Source: Desulfobulbus propionicus DSM 2032 (GTDB taxonomy: Bacteria > Desulfobacterota > Desulfobulbia > Desulfobulbales > Desulfobulbaceae). From it: a DNA stretch of 32,000 nucleotides. The notes below the pieces were generated by a model. That model was given only the letters and a program-made list of their open reading frames with translations. It made no database searches and was not told the origin of the DNA. This document shows, piece by piece, positions 1 through 10,473 of this stretch. Within the stretch, counting starts at the first letter, position 1, and each line of letters begins with the position of its first letter. A program made the position numbers and the translations under genes. The stretch lies in the NCBI RefSeq assembly GCF_000186885.1, contig NC_014972.1, positions 1,710,001-1,742,000 on the forward strand, read 5' to 3'.

Positions 1-417
1 GACGCCGACACCAATGAAGCCGATTTTGCCACGAGACGACCAGACCCCGGTTTGCCCGGCAACCCGGTGCGCCGGAATGTGGAAGGCGACCAGGGTGGCG
101 ATCAGCACCTCTTCCAGGAAGCGCATCCAGCGATGGAGGTCGCGGCCTCGTCTGCCGAGATGAACGAGTGGGTAACCCACCAACTGTCCCGGCCCGTGCC
201 AAGCCACATCCCCACCCCGGTTGATACGCTCAACGGGGAGGGTGGAATCGAGGATGTTGGCCAGATCGCCGCCCCGGCCGATGGTATAGACGGCGGGATG
301 TTCGAGCAGCAGCAGGGTCTCTTCCTCGTTGCCGGCGGCAATTTCCGCTGCCAGCCGCTCCTGCAGAGCCAGGGCCTCGCGGTACTCGACCAGGCCGCAG
401 TCGAGGATGCGCATGGC
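1..417 (-). CDS. lipB: Octanoyl-ACP:protein N-octanoyltransferase (LipB), partial, runs off the left edge
   Basis: Reverse-strand translation from CAT at 415-417 reads MRILDCGLVEYREALALQERLAAEIAAGNEEETLLLLEHPAVYTIGRGGD...INRGGDVAWHGPGQLVGYPLVHL...; LipB hallmarks EHPxVYTxGR and RGGxxxxHGPGQLVxYP. The supplied 102..716 minus ORF is a different, spurious frame. Confidence 0.93.
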
Positions 418-418
418 C

Positions 419-664
419 TCAGGGGAGGCGGGCCATGAGATACCTGGTCATGGCCGCCAGGGTCGACAGTTTGCCGTAGTCCGATTCGGGGATGTCCACC
501 CCGGTGCGTTCGTTCAGTCCAACCAGCACACGGAGAAAACTGAACGAATCGATGTCCAGGGCCTCGCGGATGTTCTCGTCCGGCGCCAGCTCGACCGGGT
601 CGCATTCGGGCGCGACCTTTTTCAGTTCGGCAAAAATATGGGAAAGCAGTTCCTGTTCGGTCAT
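419..664 (-). CDS. Acyl carrier protein
   Basis: 81 aa, acidic, helical; LDIDSFSFLRVLVGLNERTGVDIPESDYGKLSTL carries a DS(F/L) phosphopantetheine attachment motif. Overlaps/abuts neighbouring genes. Confidence 0.85.
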   Translation of the reverse strand: MTEQELLSHIFAELKKVAPECDPVELAPDENIREALDIDSFSFLRVLVGLNERTGVDIPESDYGKLSTLAAMTRYLMARLP

Positions 665-1863
665 AGAGCCTCCGGTTGCTGGAGATGGCGATTGAGGGCT
701 TCGAGGAACAGGGCACCCTGGTGGCCGTCGGTGGCGCGATGATCGGCGGCCAGAGTGGCGGTCACGCAGCGCCGCACTCCCAGCATGCCGTTTTCGGCCC
801 AGGGTCGCTCGCTGATCTTGCCGAAACCGATCAGCGCCACCTGCGGCGGATAGATGATGCCGAATACCGTTTTTATGCCCCGATCACCCAGGTTGGTGAC
901 CGACACGGTGGCGTCAGTGACCTCCGAACCGCGCAACCGTCCCGACCGGGTCCGCTCGATCAGGTCGGCCATGGCCTGCATCAGTTCACCCAGGCTGAGC
1001 CGGTCGACGTGATGAATGGCGGGCGAGATCAGGCCGCCGGTGCGCAGGGCGATGGCGAAACCGACATGGATGTCCGGTTGCACCTGAAGACGGTCATTCA
1101 ACCAAAAGCCGTTCAGTTCCGGCACGTCGCGCAGGGCCTTGGCCGTTGCCTTGAGGAGTAGGACAACCGGCAGGATGCGCTCGCGCATGGAACGTTGGCG
1201 GTTTTCCTCCTCCAGCCATTGCAAGGGGTGGCTCAGGTCGATCTCGGTTGCCAGGTAATAGTGGGGGATTTCTCGGTTGGAGCGACTGACCGCGGCGGCA
1301 ATGGCCTGCCGCATCCTGGTCTCGGGCGTGTCCCCAGCGGATTCGGCTGGTGCAGCCGTTGCCTGCGGGGACGTTATTGTTTTTGCCTGGGCCGCTGCCT
1401 CGATATCGCTGCGCTGGATGGCACCGCGCGGGCCGGTTCCCTGGACCGTGGCCAGATCAACCCCCAGTTCCAGGGCCAGACGCCTGGCCGAGGGCGAACA
1501 GGAGAGCCGCTCGGAAGATATCGTCGGTTGAGCTGGGATGGTTTCCTGCGGCTTGCTCACTGGGGAAGGTTCGGTTGTCTTCTCAACGGTGGGCTCGGCC
1601 CGCACCTCGGTGACCGCAGCCTTGGCCTCACCGGTCTCAATTCGGGCCAGCAAGGTGCCCACCGGCACAGTCTGGCCGGCAGCCACCAGCGGCTCACCCA
1701 TGATGCCGTCCTCGAACACCTCGATCTCGAACAGTCCCTTTTGGGTCTCGACCAGGGCGACGATATCGCCCCGTTTGACCCGCTGTCCCGGCACCACCAG
1801 CCATTCGACCAGTTTACCGGTTTCCATGTCGGCGCCCAGGCTGGGCATGCGAAATTCACCCAT
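661..1863 (-). CDS. pdhC: Dihydrolipoamide acyltransferase (E2) of a 2-oxo acid (pyruvate) dehydrogenase complex
   Basis: 400 aa: N-terminal lipoyl domain ([33 protein letters not shown]), Pro/Ala-rich linker, E3-binding-like domain ([32 protein letters not shown]), catalytic domain ending in [22 protein letters not shown] (HRxxDG). Confidence 0.93.
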   Translation of the reverse strand: MGEFRMPSLGADMETGKLVEWLVVPGQRVKRGDIVALVETQKGLFEIEVFEDGIMGEPLVAAGQTVPVGTLLARIETGEAKAAVTEVRAEPTVEKTTEPSPVSKPQETIPAQPTISSERLSCSPSARRLALELGVDLATVQGTGPRGAIQRSDIEAAAQAKTITSPQATAAPAESAGDTPETRMRQAIAAAVSRSNREIPHYYLATEIDLSHPLQWLEEENRQRSMRERILPVVLLLKATAKALRDVPELNGFWLNDRLQVQPDIHVGFAIALRTGGLISPAIHHVDRLSLGELMQAMADLIERTRSGRLRGSEVTDATVSVTNLGDRGIKTVFGIIYPPQVALIGFGKISERPWAENGMLGVRRCVTATLAADHRATDGHQGALFLEALNRHLQQPEAL

Positions 1864-2848
1864 GATGCATCATCCTCCGGACTGTGGCCACAATTTTATC
1901 CACCTGGGGCAGGGCCGCCTCTTCCATGTGCTTGGCATAGGGCATGGGCACCTCGGCGCTGCACAGCCGCTCCACCGGCAGATCGAGATCGTAGAAGGCC
2001 TGTTCCATGATCCGGGCCGAGATCTCGGCCGACAGACTGCCGCTGCGCCAGCCCTCGTCAACAATCAGCACCCGGTGGGTGCGGGCAATCGAGGCCAGAT
2101 AGGTGGCATCGTCCAGGGGCCGCAGGGTGCGCAAGTCGATCACCTCGGCCTCGATCCCTTCCTCGGCCAGGATCTTGGCCGCATCCAGGCATTTGAACAG
2201 GCTGGCGCTATAGGTGATCAGGGTGAGGTCGCGTCCCGGCCGCCGCACCCGGGCAGTGTCGATGTCCACCGGTCCGGCATCCTCCGCAAGTTCCCCCTCC
2301 ATGTTGTAGAGGGTGTTGTTCTCAAAGATCAGCACCGGGTCCGGATCCTCAATCGCGGTCCACAGCATGCCGCGCGCGTCCTCGAGTGTGGCCGGCGACA
2401 ACACCCGCAAGCCAGGAATGTGGGCATACCAGCCCTCGAAGGAGTGGGCGTGCTGGGCGGCCAGCTGCTTGCCCGCGCCGGTGGCCATGCGGATGACCAG
2501 CGGCACGTTGAACTGGCCGCCTGACATGTGCAGCAGGCTGGCGGCGGTGTTGACGATCTGGTCCAGGGCGAGCAGGCTGAAGTTGACCGTCATCACCTCG
2601 ACGATGGGCCGCATGCCGCCCAAGGCCGCGCCGATGCCCGCACCGACGAAGCCGGATTCGCACAGCGGCGTGTCACGGATGCGTTCCGGCCCGAACTCGG
2701 CCAACAGTCCCTTGCTGACCGCATAGCAGCCACCGTAGTGGCCCACATCCTCGCCCATGAGGAAGACCCGCGAGTCCCGGTGCATGGCCTCGCGGATCGC
2801 CTGTTTGACCGCCTCGCGGTAGGTGGTGGTTTGCGTTGCGCTCATCAT
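1856..2848 (-). CDS. pdhB: Pyruvate dehydrogenase E1 component, beta subunit
   Basis: In-frame portion of the 1856..3331 ORF beginning [78 protein letters not shown]; transketolase-type E1 beta. Confidence 0.93.
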   Translation of the reverse strand: MMSATQTTTYREAVKQAIREAMHRDSRVFLMGEDVGHYGGCYAVSKGLLAEFGPERIRDTPLCESGFVGAGIGAALGGMRPIVEVMTVNFSLLALDQIVNTAASLLHMSGGQFNVPLVIRMATGAGKQLAAQHAHSFEGWYAHIPGLRVLSPATLEDARGMLWTAIEDPDPVLIFENNTLYNMEGELAEDAGPVDIDTARVRRPGRDLTLITYSASLFKCLDAAKILAEEGIEAEVIDLRTLRPLDDATYLASIARTHRVLIVDEGWRSGSLSAEISARIMEQAFYDLDLPVERLCSAEVPMPYAKHMEEAALPQVDKIVATVRRMMHHG

Positions 2849-3815
2849 GCCCTCCTCTCGGTGGTGACAAAACGGGTCAGATCCTCGACCACTTCCCAGG
2901 TGCCGGCCTCGGCAAAGGCCACCGAGGCCTCGACCTCGGCCGCCACCTCGCGTTCGAGCGCGACCTGCTCGGCCTCGGTGAACAGGCCCGCCTCTCTCAG
3001 ACGGCCGGCCAGCAGCTCGATCGGATCGCGCTGCTTCCACTGCTCGACCTCCTCCTTGGTGCGATAGAGTTCGGTGTCGAACATCGAATGCGGCCGGAAA
3101 CGGTAGGTGCGGCATTCGAGCAGATAGGGTCCGTTGCCGGCTTGGATGTGGGCAACGGCTGCACGGGCCGCCTTTTCCACCGCCTGCACGTCCATGCCGT
3201 CCACTGCGGCTTCGGCCATGCCATAAGCCGCACCCTTGGCGGCGATATCCTGGTTGGCCTCGGTGTAGCGCAGGGCCGTCCCCATGGCGTAGAGGTTGTT
3301 TTCGCAGACAAAGAGGACCGGCAGCTTCCACAGGGCGGCCAGGTTCATGGACTCGTGGAAATAGCCCTCAGCCACGGCGCCATCGCCGAAGAAACAACTG
3401 GTGACCCGCTGTCGCCCCTGCATGTGATCGGCCAGGGCCAAACCCACCGCCAGAGGCAGACCGCCGCCGACAATGGCATTGCCGCCGTAAAAACGGGTGG
3501 TCGCGTCAAAGAGATGCATCGAACCGCCCCGCCCCCGGCAGCAGCCCTCGACCTTGCCATACATCTCGGCCATGATCGCGTTCGCGCTCATGCCGCGCGC
3601 CAGGGCCTGGCCGTGCTCGCGATAGGTGGCCACCACCGCATCCTCGGGGCTGAGCGCCGCCATCACCCCCACGGCCACCGCCTCCTCGCCGATGTAGAGG
3701 TGGAGGAAACCGCGAATCTTCATCGCGCTGTACAGTTCGGCCGATTTTTCCTCGAAGCGGCGGATGAGCAGCATCTGCCGCAGGTGGTGCAGTGCCTGAT
3801 CCTTGTTCAGTCCAT

Positions 3816-3819
<4 letters not shown>
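2845..3819 (-). CDS. pdhA: Pyruvate dehydrogenase E1 component, alpha subunit
   Basis: 324 aa, [35 protein letters not shown]... and TPP-binding [31 protein letters not shown]. Confidence 0.93.
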
Positions 3820-5588
<1,769 letters not shown>

Positions 5589-6094
5589 ACAATGGTTGCA
5601 AAGTTTGGTGCAAACATCGGTTACGGAAGAAGACCGCTTCTGCGGTTGCGTCGATCTTGACGTTTTGGATCAATCCTGATTGCGGCCTCGGCAATGTTTT
5701 CTTGAACGGCCTCGTGATGCTGTGAAAATACAACGTGGCATCGTTTTAATGTATACGCCCATGCCAGTCCGTTCACAATAAATAGATATATAATATGTAT
5801 TGGATAGGAAAAATATATATTTTACTGCATGGCCCGTTCACCTGTTTTGGTGTAGGATGACGTTCATTAGGCACAAGCTGTGGATTACGACCTGACGAAA
5901 ACCTGATCAATGAGGAGAAGAAAACTCGGGGTACGTGAATCTTTCTTGTCTTTATTCTTGTTTTTTTTAAATGATAGCTTATTCTTTTAACTAATAAAAT
6001 TTAGGACCAAGTGTTTTGCTTTGGTTGTGTTGGAGAAGATTGATCGACGGTAAGTTGTAGAGAATGCTTTTGTGTATTCCCATGTGATGTGCTG

Positions 6095-6124
6095 GCCTCG
6101 CTGAAATTTGGTTCCGCGAGAGGC
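6095..6124 (+). promoter_or_regulatory. Possible 5' UTR stem-loop upstream of the small zinc-motif gene
   Basis: gcctcgc(6095-6101)...gcgagaggc(6116-6124), imperfect hairpin with a bulge, about 30 nt before the start codon. Confidence 0.3.
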
Positions 6125-6155
6125 TCATTTATAAAAACTGATCAAGGAGACAATC

Positions 6156-6326
6156 ATGACACAAGAAAAGAAAAAAGAAGTATGTCCTACCTGCGGAGGA
6201 AAGAAGGTGCTTGAGGGCGTTTGTGAGACCAGCAGCGAATGGCAAGGGAAAACTCCCGACGGCCAGGTGTGCACTCCCGATCAGAAATGCCCGACCTGCA
6301 AGGGAAAAGGGTATGTAGAGAGCTGA
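6156..6326 (+). CDS. Small DnaJ-type zinc-finger-like protein with two CxxCxGxG-type motifs
   Basis: Not in the ORF track. ATG at 6156 preceded by aaggaga: MTQEKKKEVCPTCGGKKVLEGVCETSSEWQGKTPDGQVCTPDQKCPTCKGKGYVES*; followed by a strong terminator. Confidence 0.8.
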   Translation: MTQEKKKEVCPTCGGKKVLEGVCETSSEWQGKTPDGQVCTPDQKCPTCKGKGYVES

Positions 6327-6378
6327 TCGTTCACAATCAGCCGCACGCTAACACCGTTAGCAGCGTATTGATCGATAC

Positions 6379-6435
6379 GACCGGGTGTCCGGGAAAGAGC
6401 AGAACCAGCTCTTTTCTGGAACACCCGGTTTTTTT
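6379..6435 (+). terminator. Rho-independent terminator
   Basis: accgggtgtccgggaaagagc...gctcttttctggaacacccggt followed by a T-rich tract (ttttttt). Confidence 0.85.
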
Positions 6436-6491
6436 GTTGGGCAAGGCAAAAGGACGGTGGTTCCGGCTAAGGCTGGCGGCACGGTCACGGG

Positions 6492-7640
6492 TTATGATCG
6501 CGAGCCGATATTGACATAGGACGTCAGCGCCGGCCCGGTGTAGTGGGCCGTTGGACGGATCAGCCGATTGTTCTTCCATTGTTCCAGAATGTGCGCGGTC
6601 CAGCCCACCACCCGGCTGACGGCAAAGATCGGGGTGAACAGCTCCACCGGGATGCCCATGGCGTGGTAGAGCGGGGCTGAGTAGAAGTCGACGTTGGCAA
6701 AGACCTTGGAGTTGGCCAGCATCAGTTCTTCCACTGCCTGGGCTGTTTCGTAGAGCTGTGTCTCCCCGGTAAGCGCAGTAATCTTGTTGACCTCCTTCCG
6801 CAGGATCGTGGCGCGCGGATCCTCGCAGCGGTACACCCGGTGGCCGAAACCGGGAATCTTCACCTTCTCCGCCAGTCGTGGCAGCACCCAATCGGCGGCC
6901 CGTTCCGGTTTGCCGATTTCTTCCAGCATGCGCATCACCTCGGCGTTGGCCCCACCGTGCAGCGGTCCCTTGAGGGCGGCGATGGCGCTGGTCACCGCCG
7001 AATAGATGTCGGTCATGGTGGCGGCGGTCACCCGGGCGGCAAAGGTCGAGGCATTGAGTTCGTGGTCGGCGTGCAGAATGAGCGCCGTGTCCATGGCCTT
7101 GACCATGATCGGGTCCGGCTCCCTGCCCTGGAGAGTGTAGAGAAAGTTGAAGGCAATGCCGTAGTTGGACCTGGGTTCGATCGGTTCCTTGCCGTCGCGC
7201 AGCCGCTGGTGCGAGGCGATGATCAGCGGGATGCGTTCGGTGAGGCGCTGGGCCTTGCGCAGGCTGGCGTCGAGCCGGGTGTTGCCGCTGTCCGGATCCC
7301 AGTGGCCCATGGAGGACACCGCGGTCCGCAGCACCTCCATCGGGGTGGCGGCGTGGGGAAACATGCGCAGGATCATGACCGTTTCCACCGGTAGCTTCAT
7401 GCAGCCGGTGAAGCCGTCGAGAAAAGCCTGGAATTCGACGAATCCGGGCAGGCGGCCGTACCACAACAGGTAGGCGACCTCCTCGAAGGTGGAATGCTCG
7501 GCCAGGTCGACGATGTCGTAGCCGCGATAGAGCAGGCGGCAGTTGTCGCCGTCCACCAGGCAGATGGAGGAATTGCAGGCAATGACGTCGGCCAGGCCTG
7601 CCTCGAACGGTTTGGCGGGAAGGGTTGAAGGGGTGGTCAT
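6492..7640 (-). CDS. Citrate synthase family protein (citrate or 2-methylcitrate synthase)
   Basis: 382 aa from MTTPSTLPAKPFEAGLADV; GLADVIACNSSICLVDGDNCRLLYRGYDI, GLHGGANAEVMRMLEEI-type motif (LHGGANAEV) and GFGHRVYRCEDPRA. Confidence 0.93.
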   Translation of the reverse strand: MTTPSTLPAKPFEAGLADVIACNSSICLVDGDNCRLLYRGYDIVDLAEHSTFEEVAYLLWYGRLPGFVEFQAFLDGFTGCMKLPVETVMILRMFPHAATPMEVLRTAVSSMGHWDPDSGNTRLDASLRKAQRLTERIPLIIASHQRLRDGKEPIEPRSNYGIAFNFLYTLQGREPDPIMVKAMDTALILHADHELNASTFAARVTAATMTDIYSAVTSAIAALKGPLHGGANAEVMRMLEEIGKPERAADWVLPRLAEKVKIPGFGHRVYRCEDPRATILRKEVNKITALTGETQLYETAQAVEELMLANSKVFANVDFYSAPLYHAMGIPVELFTPIFAVSRVVGWTAHILEQWKNNRLIRPTAHYTGPALTSYVNIGSRS

Positions 7641-7968
7641 GCGCTTCTCCTTTGACCGAGAGTGATGCAACGATTGACGTGGGGCGTTTCGCGCCAGCAA
7701 CTCTGCCAGGCGGGCTGACAATGCAGAGGTAAAGGCTAATGTTTAAGCACGGTCAAGGGAAATGCAAGGGCTTCCATGGCTGGGATTTTCTGTTTCCAGC
7801 GTTGGCGCTGATTCTGCCGGAAGGCTATCGAACCGGATCAGGCCCAACAGAGCCGCACCGGCGCGAATCAGCCCTTCGCCGCGGAAAGTCTGGCGGATAC
7901 GTTCACCGCACCCATGATTGGGTCGATAACCGTTTCGGTCCGGATCGGCTGGAAAAATTTTTCTTCCC

Positions 7969-7997
7969 TTGACAATGGGAGTATTGTTGGTTTTATC
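7969..7997 (+). promoter_or_regulatory. Sigma70-type promoter candidate for the cobalamin riboswitch transcript
   Basis: Perfect -35 TTGACA (7969-7974), 17-nt spacer, -10-like TTTATC (7992-7997), ending just before the riboswitch fold. Confidence 0.55.
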
Positions 7998-7999
7998 TT

Positions 8000-8165
8000 C
8001 GTCCTGTTCAGGTGTTCGTGCGAACATAATAGGGAACCCCGTGGGAATCGGGGACGGGCCCGCCGCTGTGAACGGGGACGAACGCTGCACGGAAGTCACT
8101 GACGCCAATGTCGGGAAGACGCAGCCAGTAGGATGAACCGCAAGTCAGAAGACCTGCCTGGACAT
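8000..8165 (+). promoter_or_regulatory. Cobalamin (AdoCbl) riboswitch
   Basis: Contains conserved blocks caggtg, aatagggaaccccgtgggaatcggggacgggcccgccgctgtga, cggaagtcactg, gggaagacgcagccagtaggatgaaccgcaagtcagaagacctgcc (B12-box gcaagtcagaagacctgcc). Confidence 0.93.
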
Positions 8166-8228
8166 TGAGGAGACGACTGCGAGGACGGCGGCGTACCCGG
8201 TTCACCATTTCTGCGGATAAACAGGGCT

Positions 8229-8263
8229 ATCCCGGATCGATTGTTTCGATCCGGGATTTTTTT
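8229..8263 (+). terminator. Intrinsic terminator immediately downstream of the riboswitch
   Basis: atcccggatcg attgttt cgatccgggat followed by ttttttt. Confidence 0.85.
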
Positions 8264-8497
8264 GGCCCTGGCGCAGGCTCCCGGCCATCCTTTGTTGTCG
8301 ACTCCGCCGATTTTTCTGGCGCGAGGAGCCCATGCACAGGAATCTGGCCATATCATTCCCCGTTGTCTCGAACCGCCGGCGGCAAGCCGCGCGTGCCAGC
8401 GCTTCGCCCACCCCCAAGCCTCCCCGTCATAAGCATCGCGTCCCGTCCGGGGTTCGGCCCCGGTTTCCGTCTCTTCAACGTGCATAAGGAATCCATA

Positions 8498-8917
8498 ATG
8501 GACTGGCTGCATTCCCTCATCGATTACGGCGTGCTCGGGCTGTTGCTGCTGCTGAGCGTGATCGCCCTTGCCGTGGCCCTGGAACGATTTCTCGTCTACC
8601 GGACCACACGGGTGGACGAATATCAGGATCGCAGAGCGCTCGAACTGCACCTGACCCACAAGCTGCACCTCATCGCCACCATTGGCGCCAATGCGCCCTA
8701 CATCGGCCTGCTGGGCACGGTGCTTGGCATCATGCTCACTTTCCATGACATCGGCGCCGCCGGATTCGATACCACCAAGATCATGACCGGCCTGGCGCTG
8801 GCGCTCAAGGCCACCGCCCTGGGGCTTTTGGTGGCCATCCCGGCGGTCACCCTCTACAACCTCCTGCTCCGCCGGTGCAAGGTACTGCTCATCCAGTGGG
8901 ATATCCGCCATGGATGA
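8498..8917 (+). CDS. exbB: ExbB/TolQ/MotA family proton channel protein (short form)
   Basis: Start at MDWLHSLIDYGVLGLLLLLSVIALAVALERFLVYR (aaggaat RBS region), GANAPYIGLLGTVLGIMLTFHDIGAAG; 139 aa within the 8165..8917 ORF. Confidence 0.9.
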   Translation: MDWLHSLIDYGVLGLLLLLSVIALAVALERFLVYRTTRVDEYQDRRALELHLTHKLHLIATIGANAPYIGLLGTVLGIMLTFHDIGAAGFDTTKIMTGLALALKATALGLLVAIPAVTLYNLLLRRCKVLLIQWDIRHG

Positions 8918-9293
8918 AAAGGGATTCGATTATCTCAACGTCATCCCCCTGGTTGACGTGATGCTGGTTCTGCTGACCATCGTCCTCACCACCTCGACCT
9001 TTATCGCCACGGGCGGCATCCAGGTGGAACTGCCCAAGGCCAGCGTCAGCGAAGACGCGGCCGCGCTCCATCCGCGAACCATCGTGATCAACAGGGAAGG
9101 GCGGCTATGGCTGGATTCGGCGGAGGTCGCGCTCGGCGGGCTGGAAGCGGCCCTGGCGGGGGTGGGCCGGAACACGCCGCTGATTGTCCGCGCCGATAAA
9201 CATCTTTCCCTGCAAATGTTTGTGGACGTGTACGAGGCGATCAAGCGCCTTGGCTTCACCACTCTCAGCCTGCAAACGGAACAGCAACCATGA
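8910..9293 (+). CDS. exbD: ExbD/TolR family biopolymer transport protein
   Basis: 127 aa, FDYLNVIPLVDVMLVLLTIVLTTSTFIATGGIQVELPKAS; overlaps exbB end. Confidence 0.92.
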   Translation: MDEKGFDYLNVIPLVDVMLVLLTIVLTTSTFIATGGIQVELPKASVSEDAAALHPRTIVINREGRLWLDSAEVALGGLEAALAGVGRNTPLIVRADKHLSLQMFVDVYEAIKRLGFTTLSLQTEQQP

Positions 9294-10030
9294 GCCATCA
9301 AACCACCGCCACCCATGTTTCCCTCTTGGTGCACGCCGTTTTTTTCTTCGTTGCCGTGGGGCTTGGCCAGCATGCCGTGCCGCTCCGCCCGCCGGTGGCC
9401 ATTGATTTTTCCATCCTCTCCACCGGAGGATCGATGGAGGTCCAGCAGGAAAAAATTTCTTCTCCTCCGGCCAAGAAGAAGGACGTGGCAGAGCCGAAAA
9501 AAATTTCGCCCAAGGCCGTGGCGAGGAAGGTGCGGCCCAAGCCGGTGCAGCGGGAAAAGACATCTGTTCCGCCAAGGGAAAAGGATGCACGCTCCGAGGC
9601 CCTGCCTGTTGCCGCACAGCCGCGACCCTCAACCGGGAAAGAGGTGCTTCCCGACGCTGGCCAGACCGCCGCGACCGCAACGGTTGCAAGCGGACCGGCA
9701 GCAGCGAGCCCTCCTGCAAAGGGTGGACGGGGCGGTCTGTACGCTGTCGGTCAACTCGACGCGCCGCTTGCGGTGGTGTCCAAAACGCCGCCTGCCTATC
9801 CGCCGGCAGCCAAACGGCGCAATATCGAGGGGTGGATCAAGGTCAAGTTCGTGGTCGACGAACAAGGGCGCGTCGACCACGTGTCGGTGCTCGATGCCGA
9901 ACCCGAGGGCGTGTTCGAACAGAGCGTCCTGCGCTCCATCGGCGGTTGGCGATTCAAGCCGGGCACCATCAAGGGCATGGCGGTCAAGGCCCAGGTGGAA
10001 CAGACCATCACCTTCAAGCTGGAAGGGTGA
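9290..10030 (+). CDS. tonB: TonB family energy transducer
   Basis: 246 aa, N-terminal TM, Pro/Lys-rich middle, C-terminal PPAYPPAAKRRNIEGWIKVKFVVDEQGRVDHVSVLDAEPEGVFEQSVLRSIGGWRFKPG. Confidence 0.92.
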   Translation: MSHQTTATHVSLLVHAVFFFVAVGLGQHAVPLRPPVAIDFSILSTGGSMEVQQEKISSPPAKKKDVAEPKKISPKAVARKVRPKPVQREKTSVPPREKDARSEALPVAAQPRPSTGKEVLPDAGQTAATATVASGPAAASPPAKGGRGGLYAVGQLDAPLAVVSKTPPAYPPAAKRRNIEGWIKVKFVVDEQGRVDHVSVLDAEPEGVFEQSVLRSIGGWRFKPGTIKGMAVKAQVEQTITFKLEG

Positions 10031-10473
10031 AGGGCAAACGATCACGGACCGCCAGTTTTTTTGACGGTTCCTCTCCAAGCAGCCGTCTGCCGCCGCACTA
10101 AACGTCTTCCCCGACCGTTCATGTCCTGCTTTTTCCATGCAGGAATTGCGGCCGGTTGCCTTGTCCACGGGCGCTTCGTTTGCCGACGGAGCGTCTGTTT
10201 TTTTGTGGCAGCTCAGAGGACAGGAAACCGCGGACTGCCGGACCCGCCGCGATTGCATCCAGGAGTGAACAGCCGGGCAACGGATCTCTTGCCGGTGTGT
10301 ACAACAGCTATCCTCTTTCTATCCACTATTCACTTATTGCAAACAGGTTCGCCTCTTTATCTAATGAATCCGCGATCAATGCATTTCCGCTTTCGAGGAA
10401 GCGCATTGCAGGGGACACGCTTGGCTGCCGTTCATCGCCGAAGGCATACTCCACCACCAGAGGGCAGTTAACG

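Noticed and set aside
6379-6435. Bidirectional terminator also serving citrate synthase
   Set aside because: On the minus strand the hairpin is not followed by a T-tract, so only plus-strand termination is supported.
10030-10100. Possible terminator after tonB (accgccag ttttttt gacggt)
   Set aside because: The T-run is in the loop rather than after the stem, and the stem is short and imperfect.
10156-10473. N-terminal extension of the TIR gene reading frame
   Set aside because: The 106 residues before MYVPHCKYDIF have no protein-like pattern; TIR domains usually begin near the N-terminus, so the start at 10474 is preferred.
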